From NCBI GenBank assembly GCA_041661605.1, contig JBAZUE010000001.1:670928-734927 (forward strand): 64,000 nucleotides of DNA. The letters are read 5' to 3'. Both the position numbers and the translations under genes were made by a program. This DNA comes from Candidatus Omnitrophota bacterium (GTDB lineage: Bacteria; Omnitrophota; Gorgyraeia; Gygaellales; Profunditerraquicolaceae). Shown here piece by piece: positions 50,616 to 58,260 of this stretch; positions within the stretch are counted from its first letter, which is position 1; the number at the start of each line of letters is the position of its first letter. The notes beneath the pieces were generated by a model. The model saw nothing but the letters and a program-made list of their open reading frames with translations. It was not told the DNA's origin and searched no databases.

Positions 50616-51674
50616 TTACAGTTCTAAAATCTTCTTACCCATAATAGGGAGATTTACTATCTCTTCAATAATCTTTTTTGTGTTCTCTTCTGAAAACTCC
50701 TCAAAACTTCTGTCTAAATAGTTAAATATAAGCCCATAATCTTTTTTAAAGTTTTTTTCTGTATCATTACTAAGCTTTATAATATGACCGCCTATAGGCA
50801 TACCCATTGCAAAAAGACCAAGAACTTTTTTATTAAACTCAAATGTTAGCATCCAAATACTACCAAGTTTGCCATTTAAGAAATCTGCAGATGGTTTGTC
50901 ACCTTTCCAAAGTAGGTGACCAGGTTCACCCTTACCATATCTTATAAAGTTTCGGATATCATCAAATATTGGAAGAAACCAGAAATTTGGTTCTTGAATT
51001 TTGTAAAATAATAAATTTAGCATAGTTTTAGAAATCGATCTCTCTATTGCACGCCAATTAATGTTTATTACTATTTTAGCGGCTTTACCTTTTGCCGTTT
51101 CGTCAAATAGCTCCCACACCACGCTATTAGATTCAGCCCATTCCCTTAAACCTTTTTCAAATAACCGCCATCCATGAATACTTATAGCTTTCGAATCGCA
51201 CCAAAAATAAAGTTTTTTTATCTTATTTTTATCAATTTCTTCATTCTTGAGCAAATCTTCAATATCTCCTTTAAAATTTTCATTATTATCTTTTATATAA
51301 TCACATCTGATTTCGGATCCATCATCAAAAATAAAAATAAACTGTGGATACCAAAATGTATCCTTATTAACTAAATACTCTTGAATTTGAGGATATCCAT
51401 CCTTTACGGTTAATAAAACCGGCTGACCATGTCCATTTTTTCCGAAAATTGGGACATCTCTTCTGCCTTTCATTGAAACCCACGACCTCAAGAAAGAAAA
51501 AGGACTATCTTTACCTTTAAAAACGCTCGTTTCAAATTCTTCACTAAAAGCATTATTGCAGCTAGAACAAACTGCATTTTTCAATACAATACTCCCCCCC
51601 AGTGCTTTTGGGATAACGTGTTCATCAGAAAAATTATTTGTGATCTTCTTACAGTAAATACATACTTTATTCAT
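50616..51674 (-). CDS. HNH endonuclease-domain protein (N-terminal HNH finger + ~300-aa uncharacterised C-terminal region)
   Basis: CIYC-x8-DEHVIPKALGG-x8-CSSCN at aa 5-40; the rest has no motif I recognise; AT-rich codon usage; AAGGA SD. Confidence 0.6.
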   Translation of the reverse strand: MNKVCIYCKKITNNFSDEHVIPKALGGSIVLKNAVCSSCNNAFSEEFETSVFKGKDSPFSFLRSWVSMKGRRDVPIFGKNGHGQPVLLTVKDGYPQIQEYLVNKDTFWYPQFIFIFDDGSEIRCDYIKDNNENFKGDIEDLLKNEEIDKNKIKKLYFWCDSKAISIHGWRLFEKGLREWAESNSVVWELFDETAKGKAAKIVININWRAIERSISKTMLNLLFYKIQEPNFWFLPIFDDIRNFIRYGKGEPGHLLWKGDKPSADFLNGKLGSIWMLTFEFNKKVLGLFAMGMPIGGHIIKLSNDTEKNFKKDYGLIFNYLDRSFEEFSEENTKKIIEEIVNLPIMGKKILEL

Positions 51675-51764
51675 ATCAAATCCTTACCTGCCGAATAAAC
51701 ATAGTTGTGGGCGTTTCCTATTAACTCCTATTTCTCAACACTTCCAAACAACATCTGCAAATCG

Positions 51765-52442
51765 TTAATTTCTATAATTTTCTAAGAACTTTACTTTAAT
51801 TTCACCGTAAGGTTCACCTTTTATCTTAAATTCCAATTTGTTTCTATTCTCTTGTAAAAAACCAAGTAATTCTTTTTGTGCCTCATCATAATTTCGAACA
51901 AAATATTCAATAAAATCATCTACGATGCCATAAGAGCCAACTTTAATAGTCCTGATTCCTGTATATTGCGTCTCTGGCTCTACTCGAAATTCTTTCTTAC
52001 TATCTTTAGCGGTAATTATAAGTATTGGTTTTGATACCTCGCCTTCGCCTCTATTTTTATTACGTAATATAAAATGGAGCTCAAATTCAACTGAACGCTG
52101 ATAAATATTTACTTCAGTATTTTTCTTCCTTTCTTGCTGAACCCAACAACCGAACCACTTTCCGAAGTATAAAGTAGTACCATCCAAAGTATATTTAGGT
52201 GGAGAAACAAAGAAGGTATAGATAATCCCCCAAATTAACAATGCGCTTGCTACAGCTACGCTAATTTTCGTAAGCATAATATTTGTTTCATGCCTTTCGA
52301 AATCGGTTATTTTCTTAATTAGTTGCGATTCTCCCTCTACAATATCTGGTGAGCTAAGACCCTCTTTATAAGCATAATTCCTAAGCTTATTAAGTTTCTG
52401 TTTCCAATCTTGAATTTGTAGAATTTCTTTTAATTTACCCAT
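51765..52442 (-). CDS. Hypothetical single-pass membrane protein (225 aa)
   Basis: One TM (ISVAVASALLIWGIIYTFFV, aa ~59-78); no recognisable motif; first gene of the AT-rich cassette. Confidence 0.5.
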   Translation of the reverse strand: MGKLKEILQIQDWKQKLNKLRNYAYKEGLSSPDIVEGESQLIKKITDFERHETNIMLTKISVAVASALLIWGIIYTFFVSPPKYTLDGTTLYFGKWFGCWVQQERKKNTEVNIYQRSVEFELHFILRNKNRGEGEVSKPILIITAKDSKKEFRVEPETQYTGIRTIKVGSYGIVDDFIEYFVRNYDEAQKELLGFLQENRNKLEFKIKGEPYGEIKVKFLENYRN

Positions 52443-52477
52443 AAAACCTTAGGATCGTTCCAAGCTATAATTTGATG

Positions 52478-52506
52478 ACATTAATAAATTAATCCATAGA
52501 TGGCAA
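52478..52506 (-). promoter_or_regulatory. Sigma70-like promoter of the TM/HNH cassette (TTGCCA-17-TAATGT)
   Basis: Minus strand: TTGCCA (52506-52501), 17-nt spacer, TAATGT (52483-52478), ~35 nt upstream of the ATG at 52442. The background is AT-rich, so a chance match is possible. Confidence 0.35.
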
Positions 52507-52531
52507 TCTTAGCTATAGATATTTTGCTTGA

Positions 52532-52681
52532 GGGATATTGGGGAGCGTGCATTAGAAAATTTTCGGTAGATGTGCGCAAGGATTTACGACGAACGAAGGA
52601 CCTCTCGAAAGCATGCGTAATCCGGGAGTGAGTCGTAAACCGTAGCGCACGGCGAAAATTTTCGCACGCGAACAATATCCC
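52532..52681. other. 150-nt rod-like element of five nested helices (candidate structured ncRNA, or foldback/MITE-like or operator DNA)
   Basis: Pairings 52532-40/52673-81, 52545-50/52664-69, 52555-65/52653-63, 52572-77/52645-50, 52580-90/52632-41; alternative pairing 52580-88 with 52616-23. Confidence 0.5.
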
Positions 52682-52709
52682 GAGAACAAAATATATATCA
52701 CAATTAGAG

Positions 52710-52741
52710 ATTGCTTCGTCCGCCTAAGGCGGACTCGCAAT
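52710..52741 (-). terminator. Hairpin immediately downstream of queA (terminator-like, no clear U-tract)
   Basis: ATTGC..GTCCGCC-TAA-GGCGGAC..GCAAT, 10 nt after the queA stop. Confidence 0.4.
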
Positions 52742-52751
52742 GACTATAACC

Positions 52752-53744
52752 CTAAATAATTAACATTGCGTCGCCGTAACTGTAAAACCTGTATTTCTTT
52801 TCCACCGCTTCCTGATACGCCTGCTTCATCAACTTCTCCCCGCCGAAAGCGCAGACCAGCATAAAAAGCGTGGTCATCGGCAAGTGAAAATTAGTCAACA
52901 GGCAATCGGCTAATTTAAATTTATAACCCGGATATATAAATAAATCCGTATTGCCCTCTTTACGGCCCTCGGCATATGTTTCCAGCGTCCTTAAGGCAGT
53001 TGTGCCGACAGCAATAATCCTGCCTTTATCGGCTTTAGCCTGTTTAAGCTTGGTGATAGTTTCATCCGGTACCGAAAAATACTCCGGCTCCATCTTATGC
53101 TCAAGGATATTTTCACATCTTACCGGCCGGAATGTTCCTAAGCCAACATGCAAAGTTATATAAGCCAGCTGGATTCCTTTAGCAGGCAGATCCACAAGCA
53201 TTCTTTCCGTAAAATGCAGCCCGGCAGTCGGTGAAGCAAGAGCGCCTTCATTCTTTGCGTAAACCGTCTGGTAATAAACCTTATCTGAATCAATAGGCTC
53301 ACGTTTTATATAAGGCGGCAAAGGCACAACACCGTAATCGTAAATTATATCCGCGTCTGGCTGCTTAAAACTAATCTGGCCCCTGGCACTTAAATGCCCG
53401 GAAATTTTTCCTCCGGCGAAAATAATCTTCTCGCCGACTTTCGTGCGGCTTGGCTGAACCAGGCAGGAAAATGTTGAGCCGTTTATGCGCCGGGTAAGCA
53501 GAATCTCAACCTTGCCTCCGGTTGTTTTATTCCCCATTAAACGGCAATGCAAAACTTTGGTATCGTTAAGGACTAATAAATCTTTTTCCCTAAAAAAACC
53601 ACCCATGTCTTTAAATACGCCATGAGTAATCTTGCAGGCTTGCCTGTCTACAATCAAGAGCCTGGCCTCTTCTCTATTTTCCAGAGGATGCTGAGCGATT
53701 AGCTCTTTAGGAAGCGGATAATCAAATTCAGAAAGTTTAAGCAT
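52752..53744 (-). CDS. queA: S-adenosylmethionine:tRNA ribosyltransferase-isomerase
   Basis: MLKLSEFDYPLPKELIAQHP..., SPTAGLHFT, VGTT..RTLE motifs. Confidence 0.95.
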   Translation of the reverse strand: MLKLSEFDYPLPKELIAQHPLENREEARLLIVDRQACKITHGVFKDMGGFFREKDLLVLNDTKVLHCRLMGNKTTGGKVEILLTRRINGSTFSCLVQPSRTKVGEKIIFAGGKISGHLSARGQISFKQPDADIIYDYGVVPLPPYIKREPIDSDKVYYQTVYAKNEGALASPTAGLHFTERMLVDLPAKGIQLAYITLHVGLGTFRPVRCENILEHKMEPEYFSVPDETITKLKQAKADKGRIIAVGTTALRTLETYAEGRKEGNTDLFIYPGYKFKLADCLLTNFHLPMTTLFMLVCAFGGEKLMKQAYQEAVEKKYRFYSYGDAMLII

Positions 53745-53762
53745 TATTGATATAGGGGGGCT

Positions 53763-54941
53763 TTAGTTTAGATAACCGATTATCTGGTCAGTTAAATCGT
53801 CGATTGAAAAAAACACTATTCCGTCGGGAGCCAAGTCAGTAACCATGCGGTATTGATTGAAGAACAGGTCAGGGTTGTTTTTCATCAAGAATAAACCTAT
53901 GCCTATATATACTTTCCCCTTACCGCGATGCCCGAGGCTGGATTTAACTATCTCTTTTGCAAACTGGTTATCTTTAGTGTAAGACATCAGCACAACATAA
54001 TCGACAATACCTTCCTCAAGCCAGGCTGACCAGTCCTGGAAGGCATTTGTATATGCGCGTTCGGCTAGCGGAATAACCGCGCAGGAAACTGCCAAATCCG
54101 GGGACTTAACCTTAACCAGACTTGAGATTTTACGTACCAAATCCGTAACCTGCTGACGTTTCCAATTATCCCAGGCCAGATACTCCTCTTCATTATTCAA
54201 AGTGTCCAGGGGGTTAAGGCCGGTCTTGTCTTTAAAACGTTCCACATTTCTCGGGCCATAGCCGTAAGTCAACCCAAAATTCTTAAATCTTGAACCGGGG
54301 ACAAACGGAACGGGTGACGGATAACGGATATAATCTAAATGCACTCCGTTGATTAACGGATAGCGGTTGATAATTTCATTGATAATCGTTAGGATATATT
54401 CTTCTATCCTGGGATCTCCGGGTTCCAAGAATACCTGGTCTTCCCTTAAATAATATTTGTCTAACTCCGTATTAGATTCAGTTTTAGACCTCCTTTGGTA
54501 CTGATCCAGGGTCAGGATAGAACTGCCGAATTTCTTCAGGATATCCGCATTCTCATTCTTGCCTAAACTCAAAACATTTACCCAGGCAAAAACCTTAATA
54601 TTATTCTCCTGCGCCTCCCTAAGCAATAAATCTAATGTATCCATACCTGCCGCTTTAACCATAGCATCATATTTGGTCCTATCGCAACTCTTAGAGTCAT
54701 AATAGGCATTGCCCGACTGGAAGAATTGCAGATAAATCTCATTTATCTTTGCCTTTTTGCACTGGGCAATCAGGTTGCTTACCCCTTCTTTGCTATAAAG
54801 CACTTTCTTACCTGAAAACACAGAAATCCAAATCCCCCTTGCCGAAATCTCTTTAGCCGGAATTTCTTTATCCTGGGCAGAAACCATGCCCAAACTAAAC
54901 ATATAGCATGCCAAGAATAAAACTAATATTTTATTTTTCAT
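53763..54941 (-). CDS. Glycosyl-hydrolase-like 10 (GHL10/DUF187, YngK-like) secreted protein
   Basis: Signal peptide (ILVLFLACYMFSLGMVSAQD), ARGIWISV... TIM-barrel-like pattern, GVHLDYIRYP motif. Confidence 0.65.
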   Translation of the reverse strand: MKNKILVLFLACYMFSLGMVSAQDKEIPAKEISARGIWISVFSGKKVLYSKEGVSNLIAQCKKAKINEIYLQFFQSGNAYYDSKSCDRTKYDAMVKAAGMDTLDLLLREAQENNIKVFAWVNVLSLGKNENADILKKFGSSILTLDQYQRRSKTESNTELDKYYLREDQVFLEPGDPRIEEYILTIINEIINRYPLINGVHLDYIRYPSPVPFVPGSRFKNFGLTYGYGPRNVERFKDKTGLNPLDTLNNEEEYLAWDNWKRQQVTDLVRKISSLVKVKSPDLAVSCAVIPLAERAYTNAFQDWSAWLEEGIVDYVVLMSYTKDNQFAKEIVKSSLGHRGKGKVYIGIGLFLMKNNPDLFFNQYRMVTDLAPDGIVFFSIDDLTDQIIGYLN

Positions 54942-55483
54942 TTTTTTATCCTTACATGCCTTTCGAGCTCAGAATAACTGCACCCGCAATATTTCTGGCA
55001 ATAAATCCCTTTACCTTTAGCTTCTTCATGAGCCTGCCTGAACCCAACCCGGAAATCTTCATAATAAAAATCTATTCCGTTTTCTTTAGCTGCCTGGCTG
55101 CCTATTTGTTTAAGCAACCCCTGATCCTGATATGGACTGACCAGCAAAGTTGAGGTAAATGCCTCAAAACCATTTTCTTTGGCATAGAGAGAAGTCTTCT
55201 GCAGGCGCAATCCCCAACAATTTACACAGCGGCCCGGTGCCTGCAAGTTAGCAGCGATTGCCTGAGAGAATTCAAACGGTAGATACTCAGGATAATCTAC
55301 CTCAAACTTCAAATCTCCGCTTAAAGCCATAACTGCCTCTTTGCGCCTGTCAAATTCTGCAGCAGGGTGAATGTTAGGGTTATAGTAAAATCCTTTTACC
55401 TTAAAACCTTGATCATTCAACCTTTTTAAAGGATAAATCAAGCATGGAGCGCAGCAGATATGCAGTAGGATCTTCATTCCCAA
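54938..55483 (-). CDS. queH: Epoxyqueuosine reductase QueH (DUF208)
   Basis: LLHICCAPC N-terminal cysteine motif, YYNPNIHP, C-terminal CxxC-like cysteines (YCQKYCGCSYSE). Confidence 0.8.
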   Translation of the reverse strand: MGMKILLHICCAPCLIYPLKRLNDQGFKVKGFYYNPNIHPAAEFDRRKEAVMALSGDLKFEVDYPEYLPFEFSQAIAANLQAPGRCVNCWGLRLQKTSLYAKENGFEAFTSTLLVSPYQDQGLLKQIGSQAAKENGIDFYYEDFRVGFRQAHEEAKGKGIYCQKYCGCSYSELERHVRIKK

Positions 55484-55489
55484 GAAGAA

Positions 55490-56542
55490 CTAAAAAATTT
55501 CTTGTTGATGCTCTTTGTTAAACTTTAACCCGAAATGTTCAAATGCCTTTTTTGTGGCCAGCCTGCCGCGGGAAGTACGTTTTAAATATCCCGCTTTTAA
55601 AAGATACGGCTCAACTGTATCGGCGATAGTATCTACTTCTTCATTTAAACTGGCTGCCAGGGACTCAACTCCCACCGGACCTCCATCAAACGAATCAAGG
55701 ATCAATTTCAGGACTTTCCGGTCCAAATCATCAAAACCTGCCTGGTCTATGCCAAGATCATCAAGGATCTTAGAAGCTGCGGGCTGGTCCACCTGTTTAA
55801 TTTTAAGCACCTGCGCATAATCGCGTACCCGGCGTAAAAGACGGTTAGCGATACGCGGGGTTCCCCTGGCGCGCCGGGCAATCTCAAGGCAGGCATCTTC
55901 TTCAATCTGGATTGCCAATAAGGCACTTGAGTTTTTTATAATCCTGGCCAATTCCTCTATTTTATAGAAATCAAGGCTGTAAAATATACCAAACCTTCCC
56001 CTAAGCGGAGCTGCCAGAAGGCCTGTACGGGTAGTGGCGCCGATTAAGGTAAAAGGCTTAAGGTTGAACTTAATAGTTTTAGCATAAGGGCCTTTATCAA
56101 TCACAAAATCGATCTGAAAGTTTTCCATTGCCGGATATAAAAACTCTTCAACTACCTTGGACAACCGGTGTATCTCATCGATAAAAAGGATATCCCCGGC
56201 TTCCAGGTTAGTCAAGATTCCAATCAAGTCTCCGGCGCGCTCAATAGCCGGCCCGCTGGTAGCGGTAATCTTAGCGCCCATTTCATGCGAAATAATATGT
56301 GATAAAGAAGTCTTGCCCAGCCCCGGCGGACCGCTCAAAAGCACATGCTCTAACGGCTCATCCCTCTGCTTGGCTGCCTGTATCGCTATTTTTAAGTTAT
56401 CCACTATATCTTTATGACCGACAAATTCAGAAAACTTCTTCGGCCTCAAAGATATGTTTAAAACCACATCCTCTTCGGATTCCTTAATATCAGCGACAAT
56501 CGGATTAGCCTTAAGCAGGGTCTGCCTGGTCTTTTCGCTCAT
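55490..56542 (-). CDS. ruvB: Holliday junction branch migration helicase RuvB
   Basis: LRPKKFSEFVGH, GPPGLGKTSL, FIDEIHRL, TTR.G.L..PLR.RFG. Confidence 0.97.
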   Translation of the reverse strand: MSEKTRQTLLKANPIVADIKESEEDVVLNISLRPKKFSEFVGHKDIVDNLKIAIQAAKQRDEPLEHVLLSGPPGLGKTSLSHIISHEMGAKITATSGPAIERAGDLIGILTNLEAGDILFIDEIHRLSKVVEEFLYPAMENFQIDFVIDKGPYAKTIKFNLKPFTLIGATTRTGLLAAPLRGRFGIFYSLDFYKIEELARIIKNSSALLAIQIEEDACLEIARRARGTPRIANRLLRRVRDYAQVLKIKQVDQPAASKILDDLGIDQAGFDDLDRKVLKLILDSFDGGPVGVESLAASLNEEVDTIADTVEPYLLKAGYLKRTSRGRLATKKAFEHFGLKFNKEHQQEIF

Positions 56543-57278
56543 AGGGTATGATATTTTCCTTATTCCTCGATATAATTATATCTTCAAATGCCGCGTCCTG
56601 GCGGGCAACGATCTCTTTCATTTTTGTCAATTCTAAGATTGCCAGGAAGGTCACAATTATTTCCAGCTTATCTTTTGATTTAGCGAATAGCGATGAAAGC
56701 TTGATCTCTGTTTCAACAAGCAGAAGATGCAGGATATCATGCACCTTCTGCTCAACGGTAAACTGGTCTTTGATTACTTCATAGAAAACCTCTTTGGGAA
56801 TATCTTTTAAGGCCTGGGAAAAAGCATTGATTAAATCAAAAATACTGGCCTCAAAATATTTACTATCTTCTTTAGCAGACGGCTGGTAATCCAGGGGCTC
56901 CTCTGCCTTTTGGCGTTTAAAGACATCCTGCTGACTTAACTCCCTTTCCCTGAGATTTTCTGCGATTTGCTTAAATTTCTCATACTCCAGCAGCCTTTTT
57001 ACCAGTTCGGCACGCGGATCTTCCTGCTCTTCTTCGTCCGGCGTCTCGCTTGCCGGAAGCAGCATCTTGGATTTTATTTGCATAAGAGTAGCCGCCATCA
57101 CCAGAAAATCTCCTACAATATCCAAATCCAAAAGCTGCATGAAATTAATATATTCCAGGTATTGCTGGGTAACTTTTGCAATAGGGATATCGTAAATATT
57201 GAGATGATCCTTCTTCACTAGATATAACAGCAGATCCAGCGGACCCTCAAACATATCTAAACGTATTTTATAATTCAT
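56511..57278 (-). CDS. scpA: Segregation and condensation protein A
   Basis: FEGPLDLLLYLVKKDHLNIYDIPIAKVTQQYLEY; C-terminal FLAILEL.K. Confidence 0.85.
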   Translation of the reverse strand: MNYKIRLDMFEGPLDLLLYLVKKDHLNIYDIPIAKVTQQYLEYINFMQLLDLDIVGDFLVMAATLMQIKSKMLLPASETPDEEEQEDPRAELVKRLLEYEKFKQIAENLRERELSQQDVFKRQKAEEPLDYQPSAKEDSKYFEASIFDLINAFSQALKDIPKEVFYEVIKDQFTVEQKVHDILHLLLVETEIKLSSLFAKSKDKLEIIVTFLAILELTKMKEIVARQDAAFEDIIISRNKENIIPYERKDQADPA

Positions 57279-57279
57279 A

Positions 57280-58260
57280 TTATATTTTTAACAAGCCTTT
57301 TACTTCGGCAATAGTCTTTTTGGCAAAAGCTGATGCCTTCAGCATGCCTGAAGACATGATATCCTGGATATATTTCTTGTCTTTCAGCAACGCATGCCTT
57401 TTCTCCTGAATCGGGGCCAATAAAACAATTATTTTCTCTGCCAGTTCTTTTTTACAGGCGGTGCAACCGATCAAGGATTCAGAGCAGCGATGCACTGCTT
57501 CTTGTTTGCTCTCCGGAAAAAATATAGCGTAATAACTAAAGACATTGCATTTATGCGGATGGCCGGGATCGCTTAAACGTATGCGCTGCGGATCGGTAAA
57601 CATGTTCTGTACTTTTTTGCGGATGGCTTCAGGTTCTTCCGATAGCCCGATATAATTATTATAACTCTTGCTCATTTTACGTCCGTCTAAACCTAAAAGA
57701 CGGGTAGTTTCAGTAAGCAGGGCTTTTGGTTCGGGGAAACAACTTGTTTTATAAATATGGTTAAATTTGCGGCTGATCTGGCGGGTTAATTCCAAATGCG
57801 GCAGCTGGTCCTCTCCTACCGGCACAGCATCAGCCTTATAAAGCAAAATATCGGCAGCCTGTAATACCGGATAACCCAGGAAGGCATAGGTACTTAAATC
57901 CCGATTAGTAACTTCGCGTAACTGCTCTTTATAGGTAGGACAACGCTCCAGCAGCCCAAGCGGAGTGATTAAGGAAAGAATAAAATAAAGCTCCAGGTGT
58001 TCCGGCACCTGCGACTGGAGGAAAATTGTGGCCTTCTCAGGATCTATACCGCAGGAAAGCCAATCAATAACATTATCCAGTATGTTTTCCTTAAGATGCT
58101 CCGGATTTTCATACTCCGACATAAGCGCATGCCAATCCGCAACCATAAAGAAACAGTCATATTCACTTTGCAGTTTTGTCCAGTTGGCTAAGGCGCCAAC
58201 CAAATGCCCCAAGTGCAACTTTCCCGTCGGCCGCATACCGCTTAATATTCTCTTCTTCAT
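57280..58260 (-). CDS. trpS: Tryptophan--tRNA ligase
   Basis: GMRPTGKLHLGHLVG (HIGH), GRKMSKS (KMSKS). Confidence 0.95.
   Translation of the reverse strand: MKKRILSGMRPTGKLHLGHLVGALANWTKLQSEYDCFFMVADWHALMSEYENPEHLKENILDNVIDWLSCGIDPEKATIFLQSQVPEHLELYFILSLITPLGLLERCPTYKEQLREVTNRDLSTYAFLGYPVLQAADILLYKADAVPVGEDQLPHLELTRQISRKFNHIYKTSCFPEPKALLTETTRLLGLDGRKMSKSYNNYIGLSEEPEAIRKKVQNMFTDPQRIRLSDPGHPHKCNVFSYYAIFFPESKQEAVHRCSESLIGCTACKKELAEKIIVLLAPIQEKRHALLKDKKYIQDIMSSGMLKASAFAKKTIAEVKGLLKI

Noticed and set aside
50441-50721. Plus-strand ORFs of 67 and 91 aa running through the structured element at 50437-50584 and into the antisense of the HNH gene.
   Set aside because: They are Arg/Pro/Ala-rich translations of a GC-rich palindrome, lack an SD, and overlap a better-supported gene on the other strand.
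52532-52681. Considered 6S RNA, an IscB-type omega/HEARO RNA (because of the nearby HNH gene), a retron msr/msd, and an integron attC site.
   Set aside because: 6S needs a large central bubble, whereas here the internal loops are only 2-6 nt. The adjacent HNH protein has no PLMP/RuvC architecture like IscB, and the element lies upstream of the other cassette gene, beyond its promoter. No reverse transcriptase or integrase is present, and no RYYYAAC/GTTRRRY core sites are found. It is kept as an unclassified structured element.
52481-52740. Minus-strand ORFs of 64 and 62 aa across the 150-nt rod element.
   Set aside because: Both are translations of the palindromic element in two different frames, are Arg-rich with no SD, and overlap each other. 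They are more parsimoniously non-coding, although Ribo-seq could revisit this.
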